NCBI GenBank assembly: GCA_965655095.1 | Contig: OZ296650.1 | Location: forward strand, 101,370,001 to 101,434,000 | Reading direction: 5' to 3' | Origin: Haplodiscus bocki | Taxonomy: Eukaryota | Length of the DNA: 64,000 nt | Part shown: piece by piece, positions 1-12,847 of the stretch | Layout of the letters: the number at the start of each line of letters is the position of its first letter | Position numbering within the stretch: position 1 is the stretch's first letter | Made by a program: the position numbers and the translations under genes | The notes under the pieces: generated by a model | The model's database searches: none | What the model saw: the letters and a program-made list of their open reading frames with translations, nothing else | Told to the model about the DNA's origin: nothing

Positions 1-1134
1 GAGTGAGTCAATATCGCTATGTAATCCCCGGGAACTTTCAAATTCTTTCATCCTTATTCGTGGCAAAACGAATAGGGTTAAAGGAGGAACCCTATGGTTA
101 TCTCAAATTATTTCTGAAGTTCTATCCGCCTCGCGACGCTACGTTTTTTTAAAGCAGAATTTTGCAAACTATTTTCTAGCCTCTTTCCGAATTTTCGGCG
201 CCCTGAGGGGTAAAATATTTTGTACTGAAAAATCGCGATCCCCACATTTTTCTTCGTAGCATTACGAATTTTTTCCATAGCTTGATGGTACCTTTTTAAA
301 TACGTATCCGGGAGAGCGGCGCAGACTCTGAGATGTCCCCGACTGGCTTATGTCCAACTTGTTTTGGCTTTTCTGGTTATCTCCGTTTTTGGTGGCATGA
401 CACAAAAGAATCAAAAACGGGATGAAAGGAACAAATTGTAATTTTTTTGTAAGATACTACCTGAAAAAAATATTAATTCAAAAGTTTTTGGTATATGCCT
501 TTGCAAAAATAGTTGTGGTATATCTAAGGGATTATCACAAAAAATTTTGGACCCAAACACCGAAGTTGTTTCAAATTTATAAACGTTCTCTCCACGTTTC
601 CGGCCTATAATCTTGGTCCTGAAACTAATGGGTAACCAAAAACTTTGAAAACTTTGTAGTTCTACGAGGTGAGAAAAACAACTTTTCAACACTATTATTG
701 CAAAGATTTCAATGAAAAGTTATGATTAAATTCATTAGGACAAATCATCAAACAACATGTGGAAACTGGGCAGTGCTGAATGAATGAGGAAGTTATTTGC
801 AAAGTTCTAGTATGGAACAGCTTGAACAGTTCGTCATATCTGAGAGGAAAAACAAAAACCGCCGTTTTAGTTGTTAAAGTGGCGACTGATAACAGTTTCG
901 ATTACAGTCGAGTTATAATGAGTTGTCGTGGCAAGAATCGCCATTTTGTTTCCCATGGAGATGTCAAATAGCCGTCTAGCACGCATATCCAGCATTCCTA
1001 TCCGTCTAATTGAATCTTCCATTTTTGTTTGAGGAAAGCATTCCGCCCAAAAATAGAAAACTAACGAAATTAAAAAACTTAACTAACGGAAAAAACTTAA
1101 AATAGACCTGTATCACAGGTATTGTTTTTTACAG

Positions 1135-1222
1135 AGCAGTGCACCCTGAAGTCGTTCGATTGTGTCGAATAGTTCCGAATCGAATCAACTTTCTATTTTT
1201 GGAGTATGGAATATCAGCTGAG
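1135..1222 (+). CDS. IRF: IRF-like gene, internal exon (probable tail of the DNA-binding domain; upstream exons not found in window)
   Basis: Acceptor ttttttacag| at 1134 and donor GAG|gtagc at 1223. The 88 nt read AVHPEVVRLCRIVPNRINFLFLEYGISAE, which resembles the PYKVYRIVP end of IRF DBDs. Ends in phase 0, matching the next exon. Confidence 0.6.
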
Positions 1223-1360
1223 GTAGCAAATACCTGAGACAATTGTCGCAAAAGGGATCCTTTTTAAATATCCCAAAATTTTTTGCCGAATGTATTTTTC
1301 TAATGCATGACTTTCTCATCTTGCAGACTGTTGTCCTTAACATCGGTGTTGTTTATTTAG

Positions 1361-2472
1361 AGACTGATGAAGGCTGCCGTTGGGAAACACGTGAAAGAGA
1401 AACACCTGAAGGAATTGAAGGATAACAGCAGCTCCGTGGACTTGAAGCATTACCAATTCTGTCCCCCTGGTGTTCCAGAGGAAAAAGACACAGAAAATAT
1501 TACTCCTCCGCCAGTTTCTCAGCCAATGGGAATGTCGTTTCCAGAATATAAATATTCACCTTTCGGCTCCAGCTCAAATTTTGGTTACCCTGACGACGAT
1601 ACCATGTTTTATGCGTCAACTTCTGAAACGGCCAATCCAAGTCTTATTTACAGCCAGGTTTCCACAGAGCAGCTCTATAATCAAAATCAGGAACCACAGT
1701 ATCTGTTCTCGCATGCGTTTCCTACGACTCATGTTTCCGCTGATCAACATACAGACCAAATGAGCCTGGAAACTCTGTTCCCAACAAATTTTGCCAATGT
1801 GAGTTGTGAGTTACCTGGAGAATCAGATGCGTTTCCGGTGATTAGTCAAGAAGAGCTTAACAGACACTTACATGAGCCAGTCGACCAGCGTCCCTTTCCT
1901 GGTAATTGTGCAGGGTACAGATCCGAAGAAGCAATGGTTCCTGACTCTGGCTTTATGCACCAAACTTCAAGTCCTTGGTTGACTACTCCCAAAAGTGAAG
2001 AGCAGTCTCCTATGTTCACGCAATCCGCTTCATCAGGCTCTGCCAGTTATGTGGCTAACAATTCTTTCAGCTTCAAAGCAGCTGCACCTGAAATTTTTTT
2101 TGATCCTTCGCAAGATTTTGACGACATGACGATTACTCCCAAAGCTAACCAGCAAGTATTTGACATTTTTTTGGGAGAAGATGTTGAACCTGACGTGTTG
2201 GAACAGAGAGACTTCAAACTGATCAAAGAAAATCTCTCAATGTTAGATCCTTTTTCAAAGAAGAATTTAGACGACCAGGCCACGGAGATGAAAATAACTT
2301 TATATGTGAAAAATGATGCCGATTGTCCAGCTGCACCTATCAAAAGCAAAAATATTGCATCACGTGAAGGTTTTCGAATCGTTTCTAAAAACTCCGTTCT
2401 GGGCGCAGTTCATGAAGTTTCGAAGTTTGGGCCATCAGACTTGAAAACTTTTAAACTTCCAGTTCCAACAGC
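1361..2472 (+). CDS. IRF: IRF-like gene, large exon (S/P/Q-rich linker and start of IAD)
   Basis: Acceptor tttatttag| at 1360 and donor GC|gttagt at 2473. Covers the 372-aa ORF. TEMKITLYVKN / ASREGFRIV / KFGPSDLKTFKLPVP parallel IRF6-type TDLDIKFQYRG / SNPQGCRLF / LFGPVSLEQVKFPGP. Confidence 0.85.
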
Positions 2473-2545
2473 GTTAGTTTTATGATCAAAACATTTTTTT
2501 TTTCATTCAGGTTGTTTTGCGGAATTATTGTTTCATTTCTTGCAG

Positions 2546-2709
2546 GGAAAACTCTGAAAAAGTTCAGAAGTGCTTGAAAACGTTCGAAAATTCAGGCATG
2601 GTCTTCTTGTGGAAGCATTATTCAACGCCCCAAGGGCTCTCAAAGGTGACAAATCTGTGTTGGAGACTATATTGTTACAAAATTTGCAAGGGCTATCCCA
2701 AAAGTGAAG
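2546..2709 (+). CDS. IRF: IRF-like gene, IAD exon
   Basis: Acceptor tttcttgcag| and donor G|gtatgt, phase 2 to phase 1. EKVQKCLKTFENSGMVF...RLYCYKICK parallels TSKLLDVMDRGLIL...AIYAIRLCQ. Confidence 0.8.
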
Positions 2710-2774
2710 GTATGTTTTCTACTTTCAAAAAAACATAGTGCGCCGGATATAATGACTGTCCGCGCTTTCATTAA

Positions 2775-3060
2775 AATTACTGTGGCTGTTTTTCTGAATC
2801 GAAATCGACGAAGTTCTACAAGACATGTTCAGTCTAGTTTTGGGGTCCTAGGCTTTTGGAGGTCCTGGAAGGGAGATTCCAAAACCCGGAGACGTAATAT
2901 AAATCGTATATGAATACCAAAATCCCAAACCTAAAATCCCAAAAATCGCAATACAATTTTTCCCTGAAACCAGCTACCGAAAATTTTCGTGATGCCCGCC
3001 TTACTTTGGTTGAGCCGCACGGACACCACCGACTTTGACTGTTCCGGCTCGTTATTGTTC
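2775..3060 (+). repeat. Dispersed repeat, copy 1 (inverted relative to 12095-12365)
   Basis: atcgaaatcgacgaa, ccggagacgtaatata, ccgaaaattttc and gttgagccg recur as reverse complements, in matching order, at 12095-12365. Confidence 0.7.
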
Positions 3061-3549
3061 AAGATGGAGAATAAATATAATTTTAGTTTAGATTTTACTT
3101 GCTTTTTCTTACCATGATCGCGATTTTTTTTATCATCTTCCGCAACTCAGACGTAACTGGCCGGCTGAGCGATAAAGGCATAATTTTTACTTCTTTATTT
3201 TCACTCATTTTTCTTTACTTTCTCCTGTTTCCAAGAAGTGCCCCGTTTCGCTTCGAACTCAATTCAAATCTATGAAAGTAAACATGTAGAAAGAAATATC
3301 TCTCTTCACTTTATCGCTTTTTTACATCACTATTTATTCTTCGTTTTCAAATACCTGTTGTAATTCAAATATTCTCAAAGTTTTCATTTTATTACGCATC
3401 TTTTTTTCCGCCTTTTCAAAATTGTCTGCCATTTTTTCGAAATTCGCTCAATCCTAATTTTTTTTATTATTCTTACCTTTGAACGCTTAGTGCCTGGCAT
3501 CCTTCTTTTATTGCCAATTCTGACTGAAGGAAGAATGTGTATTCGAAAA

Positions 3550-4160
3550 CGGCCTATGCATATTTTTTATTCTGTCCAGAAGTTGCATTTTGTGACGTAA
3601 TCAGAGAATTTAGTCGTCTAGTGTAAATGGTCAAAAAGGGCCCTTTCTGAAACATCTTGGCAGGTACTTGTTTGTTTTCGGGTTCTGAAAAGTGCAAATT
3701 TTTCGAACACTGGTCTGAAAAATGAACAAAAGCGTTCTAAAAGATGATATTTACATATGAAAGTTTTGAATATGGAACAATGTGGATAGTGTATTAGGTT
3801 TACCCAAAAACTGTTAAATGGAAAATTTTCGAGCTCTTAAAAATGGTCAATTTTAGTAAACAAGACAACGGAGCTGCTATACATACCGCCTGTCAATCAC
3901 CAAAATTGATACCACTGAATCTCAATTTGTGAGAATGACAACTTTTGGTTCATATTATGAAAGTTGTTTACATTTGTTTTAACGAACTTGTGCAACTTTC
4001 TTTTCGATGTTTGAACTAAGACTCTTGAGTGCTCATGATTGACTAGAAAGATGAGAATTTTTTGAAGGAGTTTTGACGTCTTGTTGACTAATTTTGGCCA
4101 TTTCGAGAGCTAAAGTTTTTTTACCAATACAGTTTTTTGGGACATCTAGTATTCTTCATT
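3550..4160. repeat. Dispersed non-autonomous element fragment with an internal inverted repeat
   Basis: 3555-3715 matches 46150-46312 (ttgcattttgtgacgt...tctagtgtaaa...gaaaagtgcaaa). 3790-3865 is inverted relative to 4078-4150. Confidence 0.55.
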
Positions 4161-5329
4161 TTTGCGTTGTTCGCTGTGTAAATGTTTTCAACATTGGGCT
4201 GCAAAATGGCGAACCTCGAAGTACATGATTGACAGATCAAATTATCGACTATTAAACACTGTGACAAGTGCCAGTCTCAATTGGACTTTTTGGAACAATC
4301 TTGAATGACAGATGGTGCAGTATTTGTAAAAGTGTCAGTCATGTATCCGATCAAAGTTGAAATGTCTCTCAGGAACCTAAATCTGTCAAAATTTATCTTT
4401 GATCGTAACTGACAAATTAGAACGTGTGGCAAAGTTCTGCTTCGCGTGTGTTTTCTTTCTACGTTCTGACTGAAACTAGTAATGTTTTTAAGGACTTGCT
4501 GCAGATTTTTTATGGCGTTCTCAACTTCCTTTTTGTGAAGTTATCAAAGTCTTTTGATCCGATGTAATTTTTCAAAAAATATCTTTTTTTTGAGATATCT
4601 GGCAGGTGCTAGTTTGTTTTCGCGTTCTGAAAAATGCTATATTTTAAAATCTTCGTCGGGAAATAAGCATCGCCATGTTTGACATCTTAATATTTTAAAT
4701 ATGAAATAGTTTGGCATGTATGTCAACTTTTTCCCGTTAGAACTGAACCCTCATTGTCTTTTCCTTTACTGACTCCCCTGTTCTCCAAAGACCCATTTTT
4801 GAAACAATTTTTGTAATTCCGCACCCTTCTGATTCAAATAATTTTCTCCACTCAGATTTCCAGCAATTTCCTATCGTAACAAAGAAAGTTTCGAAGTTTG
4901 TAATCACTATCACTCAAACAATATCCCGGAAAAGCTACACGATTGATTCAACCAGACTTAAAAAAAAGTTTTCGAAACAACTTAGAATACTCGTTCTGAG
5001 GGGATTCGGAAGGCTAGCAGGAACGCCCAGTTTCATAATTCTTCCATTAATCATCTCGTTTTGTATTTTCACAGGAAAAAGGTTTAGTCGTTGTCTTTTC
5101 TTTTCAGAGGATTCTCAATCAAAAACTCAGATTGCGAGCGTCATAGGCAATTTTTAAAACTCGAGAATTTGATATTGTGCTCAGTTTCCGGTATTGGTTT
5201 TTCGCTTCCTTTTGAAAATCTATCACTCTTCATTTGAAATTTGCATCATAAATAAATATTTTAATATCAAAGCCGAAGGTATTTGATGTTATTAATATCA
5301 ACGTTAAAGGTAATCGATGTTATTATTTT

Positions 5330-5812
5330 CCGCCATAGTTATAAAATATGGAAGGAAAATTTTCCTCTCAAATGGAACGTTTTTTTTACCCGATGTTTGC
5401 CGATTGCGTTCACGATGTTCGTTCAGGTTTCTGAACCTGAAATATTTTTTTTTCAACCAAACTGTTGCAAATTTGCCGTAGAATGCGGTTGAGATAGTAA
5501 GATTTCTCGAAACGAACGAAATTTGGGTTTTTTGAAAAAAAAAATAGCTGAGTTATCTAAAAAATATCAGAAAAACCTTTAGTTTTTTCAGTATCGTTAA
5601 ATTTGGCAAATTTTTTGTAGATTGAGTATCAAATGGTATTATTTCCTGAAAATATTTTTTCCGCGTTAATTGTGAAGCTTTTGGCTAAAGTTGGAAAAAT
5701 TAGAAAATATGATGAAGAAAGAGTTTTTGAAAGAAAATGCTTTCATCTTTTGAAAAGGCATCTTTGCCAAAATGGGAGGGCGGAATTTGTGCTGGTGGTT
5801 GCTGGCCGTCTT
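5330..5812 (+). mobile_element. Dispersed non-autonomous element ending ...ggtggtagccggccgtcttg, inserted in a degenerate ~31-bp minisatellite
   Basis: Matches 41915-42263 (gttggaaaaattagaaaatatgatgaaga identical). The same terminus occurs at 17027-17083 and 26653-26709. gaaggtaatcgatgttatt units lie on both sides (5265-5325 and 5820-5960). Confidence 0.6.
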
Positions 5813-6179
5813 GGGAATATACAGATGGTATTCGATGTAAGTAACATTGAACCCGAAGGTAATGGATGTTTATATCATTGAAGTCGAAGGTAATCGATGT
5901 TATTGATATCGAAGGCGGAGGCATTCCACGTTATTAACATTGAAACCGAAGCTATTGAAATTGTAGGAACATGCCAAAACGTTTTTTCAGACCAGTTAAG
6001 AACGCGTTTGAAATTGTAACATTTTGTGTGCGTGATTCTCTTCACCAATCCAAATCTGCGTGACTGAATCTTTCGTGGGTATCTTTAATATTTGTGCCCG
6101 TGGGCCTATGTAAAAATTGTATCCGTGGCTATAAAAGACCGTTTTGCTATTATGTTTGCAACTTTGGAAAACATGTTGC

Positions 6180-9100
6180 GTTTTTTCCTTCATCAAAATG
6201 ATACAAAAAGTACAAACATTGCTCAATTGGGATCCTAAATGTCACAGTGGTGTATGGAAATCAAACAAATTGAAAGATGTCAACCGAAACATTGCCTAAT
6301 ATTTCGCCACCTACCCTTTAAAACTATTGGCTCAGACCATCAAAGCGTTGCTGAGTTCATTCAAAGTGTATGGAAAGTGCAAATCGAAGTGAGTGATCTC
6401 AATGCGTGCCACCCATTGGCAAGATGCTATTCAGACAATACACCTCGCGTTATTGTGAAATTCGTCCATTTCGACCAAAAAGTGCCAACTCTGACGGGAA
6501 AAGGTCTCCTTCGAGATTACAAAAATCCGAAAGATGGAAAACCAATCTGTATATTCGAAAGACTTAGCAATTATCATCAATCATCAGAAGAATTAGTCGA
6601 AGAACAAAAGTTGCGTGTCCCAAACAACAATTCCGCTCCCATGATACGAGTAGAAGCCAACGCACGTACGCCATACCACTAATTGGATTTTTTTTCAAAG
6701 TACTGTGCTTTGAAACCTATTGCTTTATTAAGTCAACGCCCGAAATTACAATGCGCAAACGCTAATTCATCTATACCGGAACAGCAAAAATTTGAATTTT
6801 CGTAAAGCAATAGTCTCCTACCAACGCTATCCAGATAACTCAGCTGTGATCCATGTACACCAATGACAACTCGACTCCGTCCTTTGAAGTCATTGCGCGA
6901 ATGAAATTCGGGGGCTGAAAACAAAAGCTTTTTAGAGAAATTGAAGTAGAAATTGTTACAAAGAAGCCTTCTTGATGGACTTTGGGATGGGACATGTAGA
7001 ACATATGCCAAATGCAAAAGAGTTGAATCTGGAGAATGTCGGAGAAATCGAAAGTGACCAAAAGCCATTAACTGATATTGGGTTGAATTCCTTTCAGATA
7101 GTTTTATATAAATAGTGTGTCTCTACGGAAAAATCATGAATAGCCAGAGTCACTGATAGTATGCTGTAAGCAGCCACCATGCATAATTTGTGTGACTGAA
7201 ACTTGGCTTAAAAGGGTCGATGACCGTGATATACTCAAAGTAAGCAACTACAGAACTTGCGTGTCTAATCATAGGAACAGAAGAGATGGACAAATAAATG
7301 TTCACCTGAACAATGTTATTTTGATCGATGTGCTTCACTTCTCAGTCGAAGAGATGTTCATTTGAAAATTGGAATTGAAGAAATTGTTTTTTTTTCAGTA
7401 TTTTTTAATGCGCCCAGAGTAGAAAAGCGGGCGATCGTAATTGATCTAGAAAAAATGTTAGAGGACCTGAGTTTGAAATTCGATAATGTAATTGTCTCCG
7501 TAGATTTTGATATTAGCGTGATGGAGTAAGAGCAGCTAACTTTTTCTATATGATAACAGTTAGATCGAATTGATTCAGTTTTTGTCTTCAAGAACGTAGT
7601 AGATTTACATCATCTTCTGAATCTTGTACGGACGTTTTTTATCGTACGCACCGTCAAAGTCAATAAGGCGTATATCCTGGTAAATCAAAGATACTGCGAC
7701 CAATTACCAATTGCTCTACGACTCGCTCTTTATGCAAAATCGAAAACTAAGTCCAATGACTTTAAGACACGATTTTCCAGAAGTCCGGCGGAGGACAATT
7801 CAATTGCTGGTAAATGTGCAAACTGGTCTGAGCAGTATTCTTTATCGAAAATCAGACGATAAAGAAACTGATTCTTTCAGCTTTACCACTGTGTTCAGCA
7901 GTGTCTTCGAAACGTTTGCTCCAACAAAAACTTCGAAATCCAGTGTGGTTCGATCAAGAACCTAAAAGTTTGATGAGAAAAAGAATCAAATATCATAAAC
8001 AATGGAAAAGTGATGGAAGCAATGGATGGAAATTGCAACGTTTTGAAATTGCCTCAGAAGAATTGAAAAGAGGACTCAGGAGAAAGAAGAGAAAATTGCC
8101 TGGGAATTCTTTAACAAGTCGACCGGCTACCACCTGCATCTATTCCGCCCTCCAACGTTTACAAAGATGCTTTTTAGAAGGTGAAGGCGTTTGTTTGAAT
8201 GACTATTTTTCAGCAAATTACCCAGTTTGTCCATATTTGAAAGCGCTCCATTTTTTTGCAAAGTAACTCAATATAGGTTGGAAAAAAAGCAATTAAGAGG
8301 TAATTTCTGCAGCAGGTTTGACACCTTTACCGATCTTGAAAATTTTTTTCCTATAGCACCCACTTTTTTTTGAAGAAAACCCACTTTCCGTACATAATTG
8401 AGAAATCTTTCTTTTTCAGTTGCATTCTACGGAAAGGTTTTGAAATTCAGAAACGTCGAATTTTCTGGACGTTATCAAATGGCACATAAAAGTAAAAAAT
8501 GTTCGTTTTGAGTAGATTATTTTCTTTCCATATTTCAATGTTGGCGGAGAATAATACCGTTTGGCTACTCAAAACAAGTAAAAGATTATTTGACTGACAG
8601 AGCAATGCGTACAAGTGAACGTTAGACCAGAATATCAAAAGTTCGTACGTCAGCGACTTGCCAATTGTTTGCCAATTCTGTCGAGCTTACGTTTTTGCTG
8701 ACGACACGAACTTATCGCAGATAACTGACAGAAGTAGAGATATCTGGTGATTTATTGAATGTAGCGAAGTGGTTACGAGCGGAATAATTCTCTTTGAATT
8801 TAAGAAAGACCTCTCAATGAATTAATAAACTTGTTAAAAGTGCTTCTGATAGTAGTATCTTCCCCGTCGTTGATTTAAACAATGAAAACATTCAATTTTC
8901 GAAAAGCTGTGGATATCTTGGAGTGTACTTGGACGGCAAACTTTTTCTCCAGTTTTTTCTCGAAATTAAATCTATGGAAAAAGGTCTAGGAAAACATTTT
9001 GAATTTCAAAACTGAGGCATTACGTTGCGGAAATGGTATTTGCAAAATATATGGATTCAAACGTCCAGCCGAATTTTCAATATGGCGTTTTGATATATGG

Positions 9101-9942
9101 TTGTATGAAATGTTTAGCACTTGAGTCACTGCTGAAACTATGCAAGAAACTACTACGACTCGTTTTCTCTCTAATTTATCAGAGAGTTTCGTGGAGTTTT
9201 TCGAGAAGTAACACATATTAACTATTCATGAGTTGTTCGTTTAAGAATCATTGAATGTCGTATTGAGTTGTACTAACAGAATTCATGATGACAGATAATT
9301 GAATGACTTGTTCAGTTTTCTCATCACACACATCCTATTCAACCAGGAGAGCAGTGAAAGTTTTTCTGCTACTACTTTTATGAGGAAAACGCGTTGAGCG
9401 CCATTTAGAGGCGCATAATTGTTGCATAATCTGGTGTAAAACTATGTCCTGCCATTGAATGTGCCCGGCTTGTTCGAGGCAACATTTGGAAACATAGTGG
9501 ATCAATTCAGGGATAAACGTTTTATCATCAATAAAACTGTTTTTTTTTTGTAAATATGTCCTAGGAGCTGTCATTGAACACGAAAAAAAACATGTTCTAC
9601 TCTCAAATCACATCCAACAAGGTATAGCGGTTCCAGGTTCAATGTATATTTAAGGGGTCGAATTTCTCATCAGAATTGTCGATTTGTTTTTCAGTCATTT
9701 TGAGTTTTCACAATTTTTTTTACCCCCTCCTTTTTGATTCAGATTTTGTCTTTTCTTGTGCAATTTTGGTTCAATTATGTTTATGGCATGCTGTATGGGG
9801 CACCATCATGTTATCCTATAATATCCGTTCGCTGTCTTGCATGAGATAAATGAATGTACACCTTAAAATTATAGATTTGTTTTGATAATTTTGAGGTGAG
9901 TTGTTCGAACCTATTGTTTTTAAAATGTAATACTCGGCGAAA

Positions 9943-9982
<40 letters not shown>
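6180..9982 (+). mobile_element. Decayed L2/CR1-clade LINE in the 9-kb IRF intron (ORF1, APE, RT, (TC)n tail)
   Basis: ORF1 RRM-like ACHPL...PRVIVKFV (6239-6682). APE ICVTETWL at ~7185. RT FADDT at ~8694, YLGVYLDGKL at ~8914 and QYGVLIYG. Ends aataaa(tc)n. Many stops and frameshifts. Confidence 0.85.
9947..9982 (+). repeat. (TC)18 microsatellite, probable LINE 3' tail
   Basis: Read directly; immediately follows aataaa. Confidence 0.9.
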
Positions 9983-9986
<4 letters not shown>

Positions 9987-11727
9987 TGCGTCTCTACTTG
10001 TCTTTATAGTTAAATGTTTCGGGAAGTTGATATTTTTTTATGATAAATTTTGGGGTTTTTGCTTTTTCCGAAGCATCGTCATTTTTTTCGTTATTTGTGG
10101 AATCCATGAAGAAGCGTCAGAGCTTTCCTTTTCTCTAATACTGTTTTGGAAAGCAGAAGTTTTTGAAGTCTATTCCTTTTCGTAGTAGTTACAGGCGTTT
10201 TGTTGGAAACCGAAACGTGTTAAGCGATGATCAATTTCATGTTTTTTAATGTAAGCAATATTTCTGAAGTTTTTTTCATAGGTACCACCATTTTTAGTAG
10301 TCAACAACCCAACTGTATTTAGTAACAAGCAAGTGAAAAGATTTCGTTATTTCATTTTTTTTTTGTGGAAAAAATGGTTCAAAACTACCAAGACACAAGT
10401 TGATCAATGTTCAAAACAGTTTTTGACATTTACTACTTGCTTGATTTCTTTCATCGAGTGCCTAATCTAAATGTAAGCTCATCTAGATTGGTTGAATTTT
10501 ACAAAGTTCCGCGTTTCGTTTTCATTTCCTGCAAAATAATGTTTGAAAATACTGGGAAACACAACATTTATGACTAATATATTTTCAAAACAATTTTTTT
10601 ATTAACTTTTGATTTGACCTTGTTTATCCAGACCCTTATCAAATGCTGCGTTTTTCAATAAGGAATCCTGTATAACATCCTATTGCGTTTCATTTCTATT
10701 TTCCAAAAAATGATTAAAATGCTCACAATATTTGAAGACGTTGTTGAAACTTCACTGACACAAAATGGACTAGAGAAGAATTAATTTTGGGCACTGCTTT
10801 TTCGTTTTGAAAAACGAATCAGCGGAGAGTTAGAAATTTGAGCGTACTTAATCTAAGAAATATCAGAAAGCAGGAAAGTAAATTTCAAGGAAAAGTTATT
10901 CTTCTCGTAGATTTTATATCGGAGTGTTGTCATTCCATATTTTTCTTCCCCTTTCCCGAAAGTCTTTGCGTATGCAGCTTCACATCTTTGTTTATCTTGA
11001 AAGTAATTCAAAAGCCCAAATTTCAGATTTTCGCGCTGGAATTGCCGCAAAATAGTGCGAATAACAGTTTTTAAAGATCCCTCAAAATTCGCTGCGAACT
11101 TTCATGAATTCATATTTTTTCGCAGTTTTTTGTGATTTCTCAGGTAAACTTGTGAAACTCAGAAGAGCCATGAAGAGAGGTATTGAAAATTTTTCCAAGA
11201 AAGAATAGTATTTTTTCGTAGAACGCCGAGCATACCGTCTTCTTGGATGCACTCCAAAAGACTTATGTCCAAATTGATAACTTTTTGTCACTAAAGTAAT
11301 GTCTTAGGGCTCTTTAAATGACTGAAAATGCCGACAATTAGATCTTTTCAGCGAAGTTTCGCGTTTCATAGCCGTAAAATTGAATGGATTCAGCGAAATT
11401 TTACTCGAATTTGAAGATTTTTCTCGCGCACTTGGGGGTTTCACCGCGAATTTTTGAAGCTTCTGCCCAAAGGGTTTCACAGCCCTGGTCGAAGAAGCAT
11501 GGAACTTTTAAAGGTTTTGTAAAAAGTGCATGCAACATCACAAATTTCCAAAATCTTCATTCATCCTCGGTTAGGGAGCGCAAGTAAGTGTGCCACAATG
11601 AAATTCAACTGCGAAACCGTTTTGAGGGGATACGTCTTATCATACATCCAACAAAATATCGTTTAATGCTAATGTGTTGGGCATAGGCTGAATTGTATTG
11701 ATGTGAAGTTTTTCATTTGCTTTTCAG

Positions 11728-11906
11728 GAGGTAAAAAGTACAAAGTGCAAAGATTGCCTATGTGTCTGAAGGCGCCTCTGAGGGAGGACGGGGAAGAGTT
11801 GAAAGAACATGCGTTTGTAGTTGTATTCGATGTTCTGAAGATGTGTGCCGTAGCTGCACGACTGGCCAAAGAGACTAAAAGTAAAGGTAAAGCTCAGGCT
11901 AAAGAG
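11728..11906 (+). CDS. IRF: IRF-like gene, IAD exon
   Basis: Acceptor gcttttcag| and donor GAG|gtgagc. 179 nt, phase 1 to phase 0, fitting both neighbours. ELKEHAFVVVFDV parallels LIERQKKVKLFCL. Confidence 0.8.
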
Positions 11907-12094
11907 GTGAGCAATTGAAATTAGTCTGTCTTTTTCCTTTCTCAATAACCGTTTTCACGCTCACCTTTCACAAGGTTTCTGAAATCGGTTCTGTTTTCAA
12001 ATATCTTCGGGCTCCAGCTGCCAACTTTAGCGTGTCAGTTCCGTTCTGCACCAACCTAGCTATCAAATCCTCAAACTGAATTTTTAATTTCAAG

Positions 12095-12365
12095 CTAGCC
12101 GGGAACAGCGCAAGTACGGCTCAACATAAGTGAAGGCGGTATAAAGAAAATTTTCGGTTCATGGTTTTGTATAAATTTGTATTGAGATTTTTAGGGTGTT
12201 CGGGTTGGATATCGGGATTTTGGGATTTTTGTATTCTTTCAAAAGATATATTACGTTTCCGGACTTTGGATTTTCAGCACGGCCGAAGGCCTAGGAGCCC
12301 AATACTAAACGGTAGGATTTCGGTAGAGTTTCGTCGATTTCGATGGTAAAATCGAAACGCCACTA
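12095..12365 (-). repeat. Dispersed repeat, copy 2
   Basis: Diverged reverse complement of 2775-3060. Confidence 0.7.
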
Positions 12366-12628
12366 TAATAGTTGCGCCCTTTTTCTAAAAGCGCTGATTA
12401 AAATGGATTCCAAGAACTGCTTAATTAGCATATCGCACGTGTTTTGAAGCACAGCTTTGCCTCTGTAATTAAGTTAGAGGAATTTTGAGAACAATCAACT
12501 TTCATTCTTCAATTTTTAAGTTAGATTTTTTTTGAGACAATTTTGCGGTGATCCTGACTTTCGAATAGATTTCATGTTCAATTTTATTTCAAATTAATTC
12601 TGATTACATTTCATGTTTTTGTTGACAG

Positions 12629-12847
12629 ACTCACAAGAAGTTGGGCATTTACCTGGGATTGAAGAGTGACAAGCTTTACGACGATGACTCTTTGCCAGTG
12701 AAAATCAAAATTCAGAATCCTTTGGTAACCAAAGTCTTCAATGCCTTTTGGAATCACGGAAAGCCTCGTATCGATGCTGTTCCTGATGATACGAGTGAAA
12801 TCTCCCGTTCAACTTTTGACAGCAATGCTCATAGTCGAAATAGTTGA
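12629..12847 (+). CDS. IRF: IRF-like gene, last coding exon
   Basis: Acceptor ttgttgacag|, then 73 codons ending in TGA. LGIYLG...PVKIKIQNPLVTKVFNAF parallels IYLCFG...LILVQVIPVVARMIYEMF, followed by a Ser-rich tail. Confidence 0.8.
   Translation, partial: THKKLGIYLGLKSDKLYDDDSLPVKIKIQNPLVTKVFNAFWNHGKPRIDAVPDDTSEISRSTFDSNAHSRNS

Noticed and set aside
1-1100. Upstream IRF DBD exons
   Set aside because: No Trp-repeat coding segment with credible splice sites was found; they probably lie outside the window.
1367-2485. Single-exon 372-aa gene
   Set aside because: Splice sites and continuing IAD motifs show it is one exon of a larger gene.
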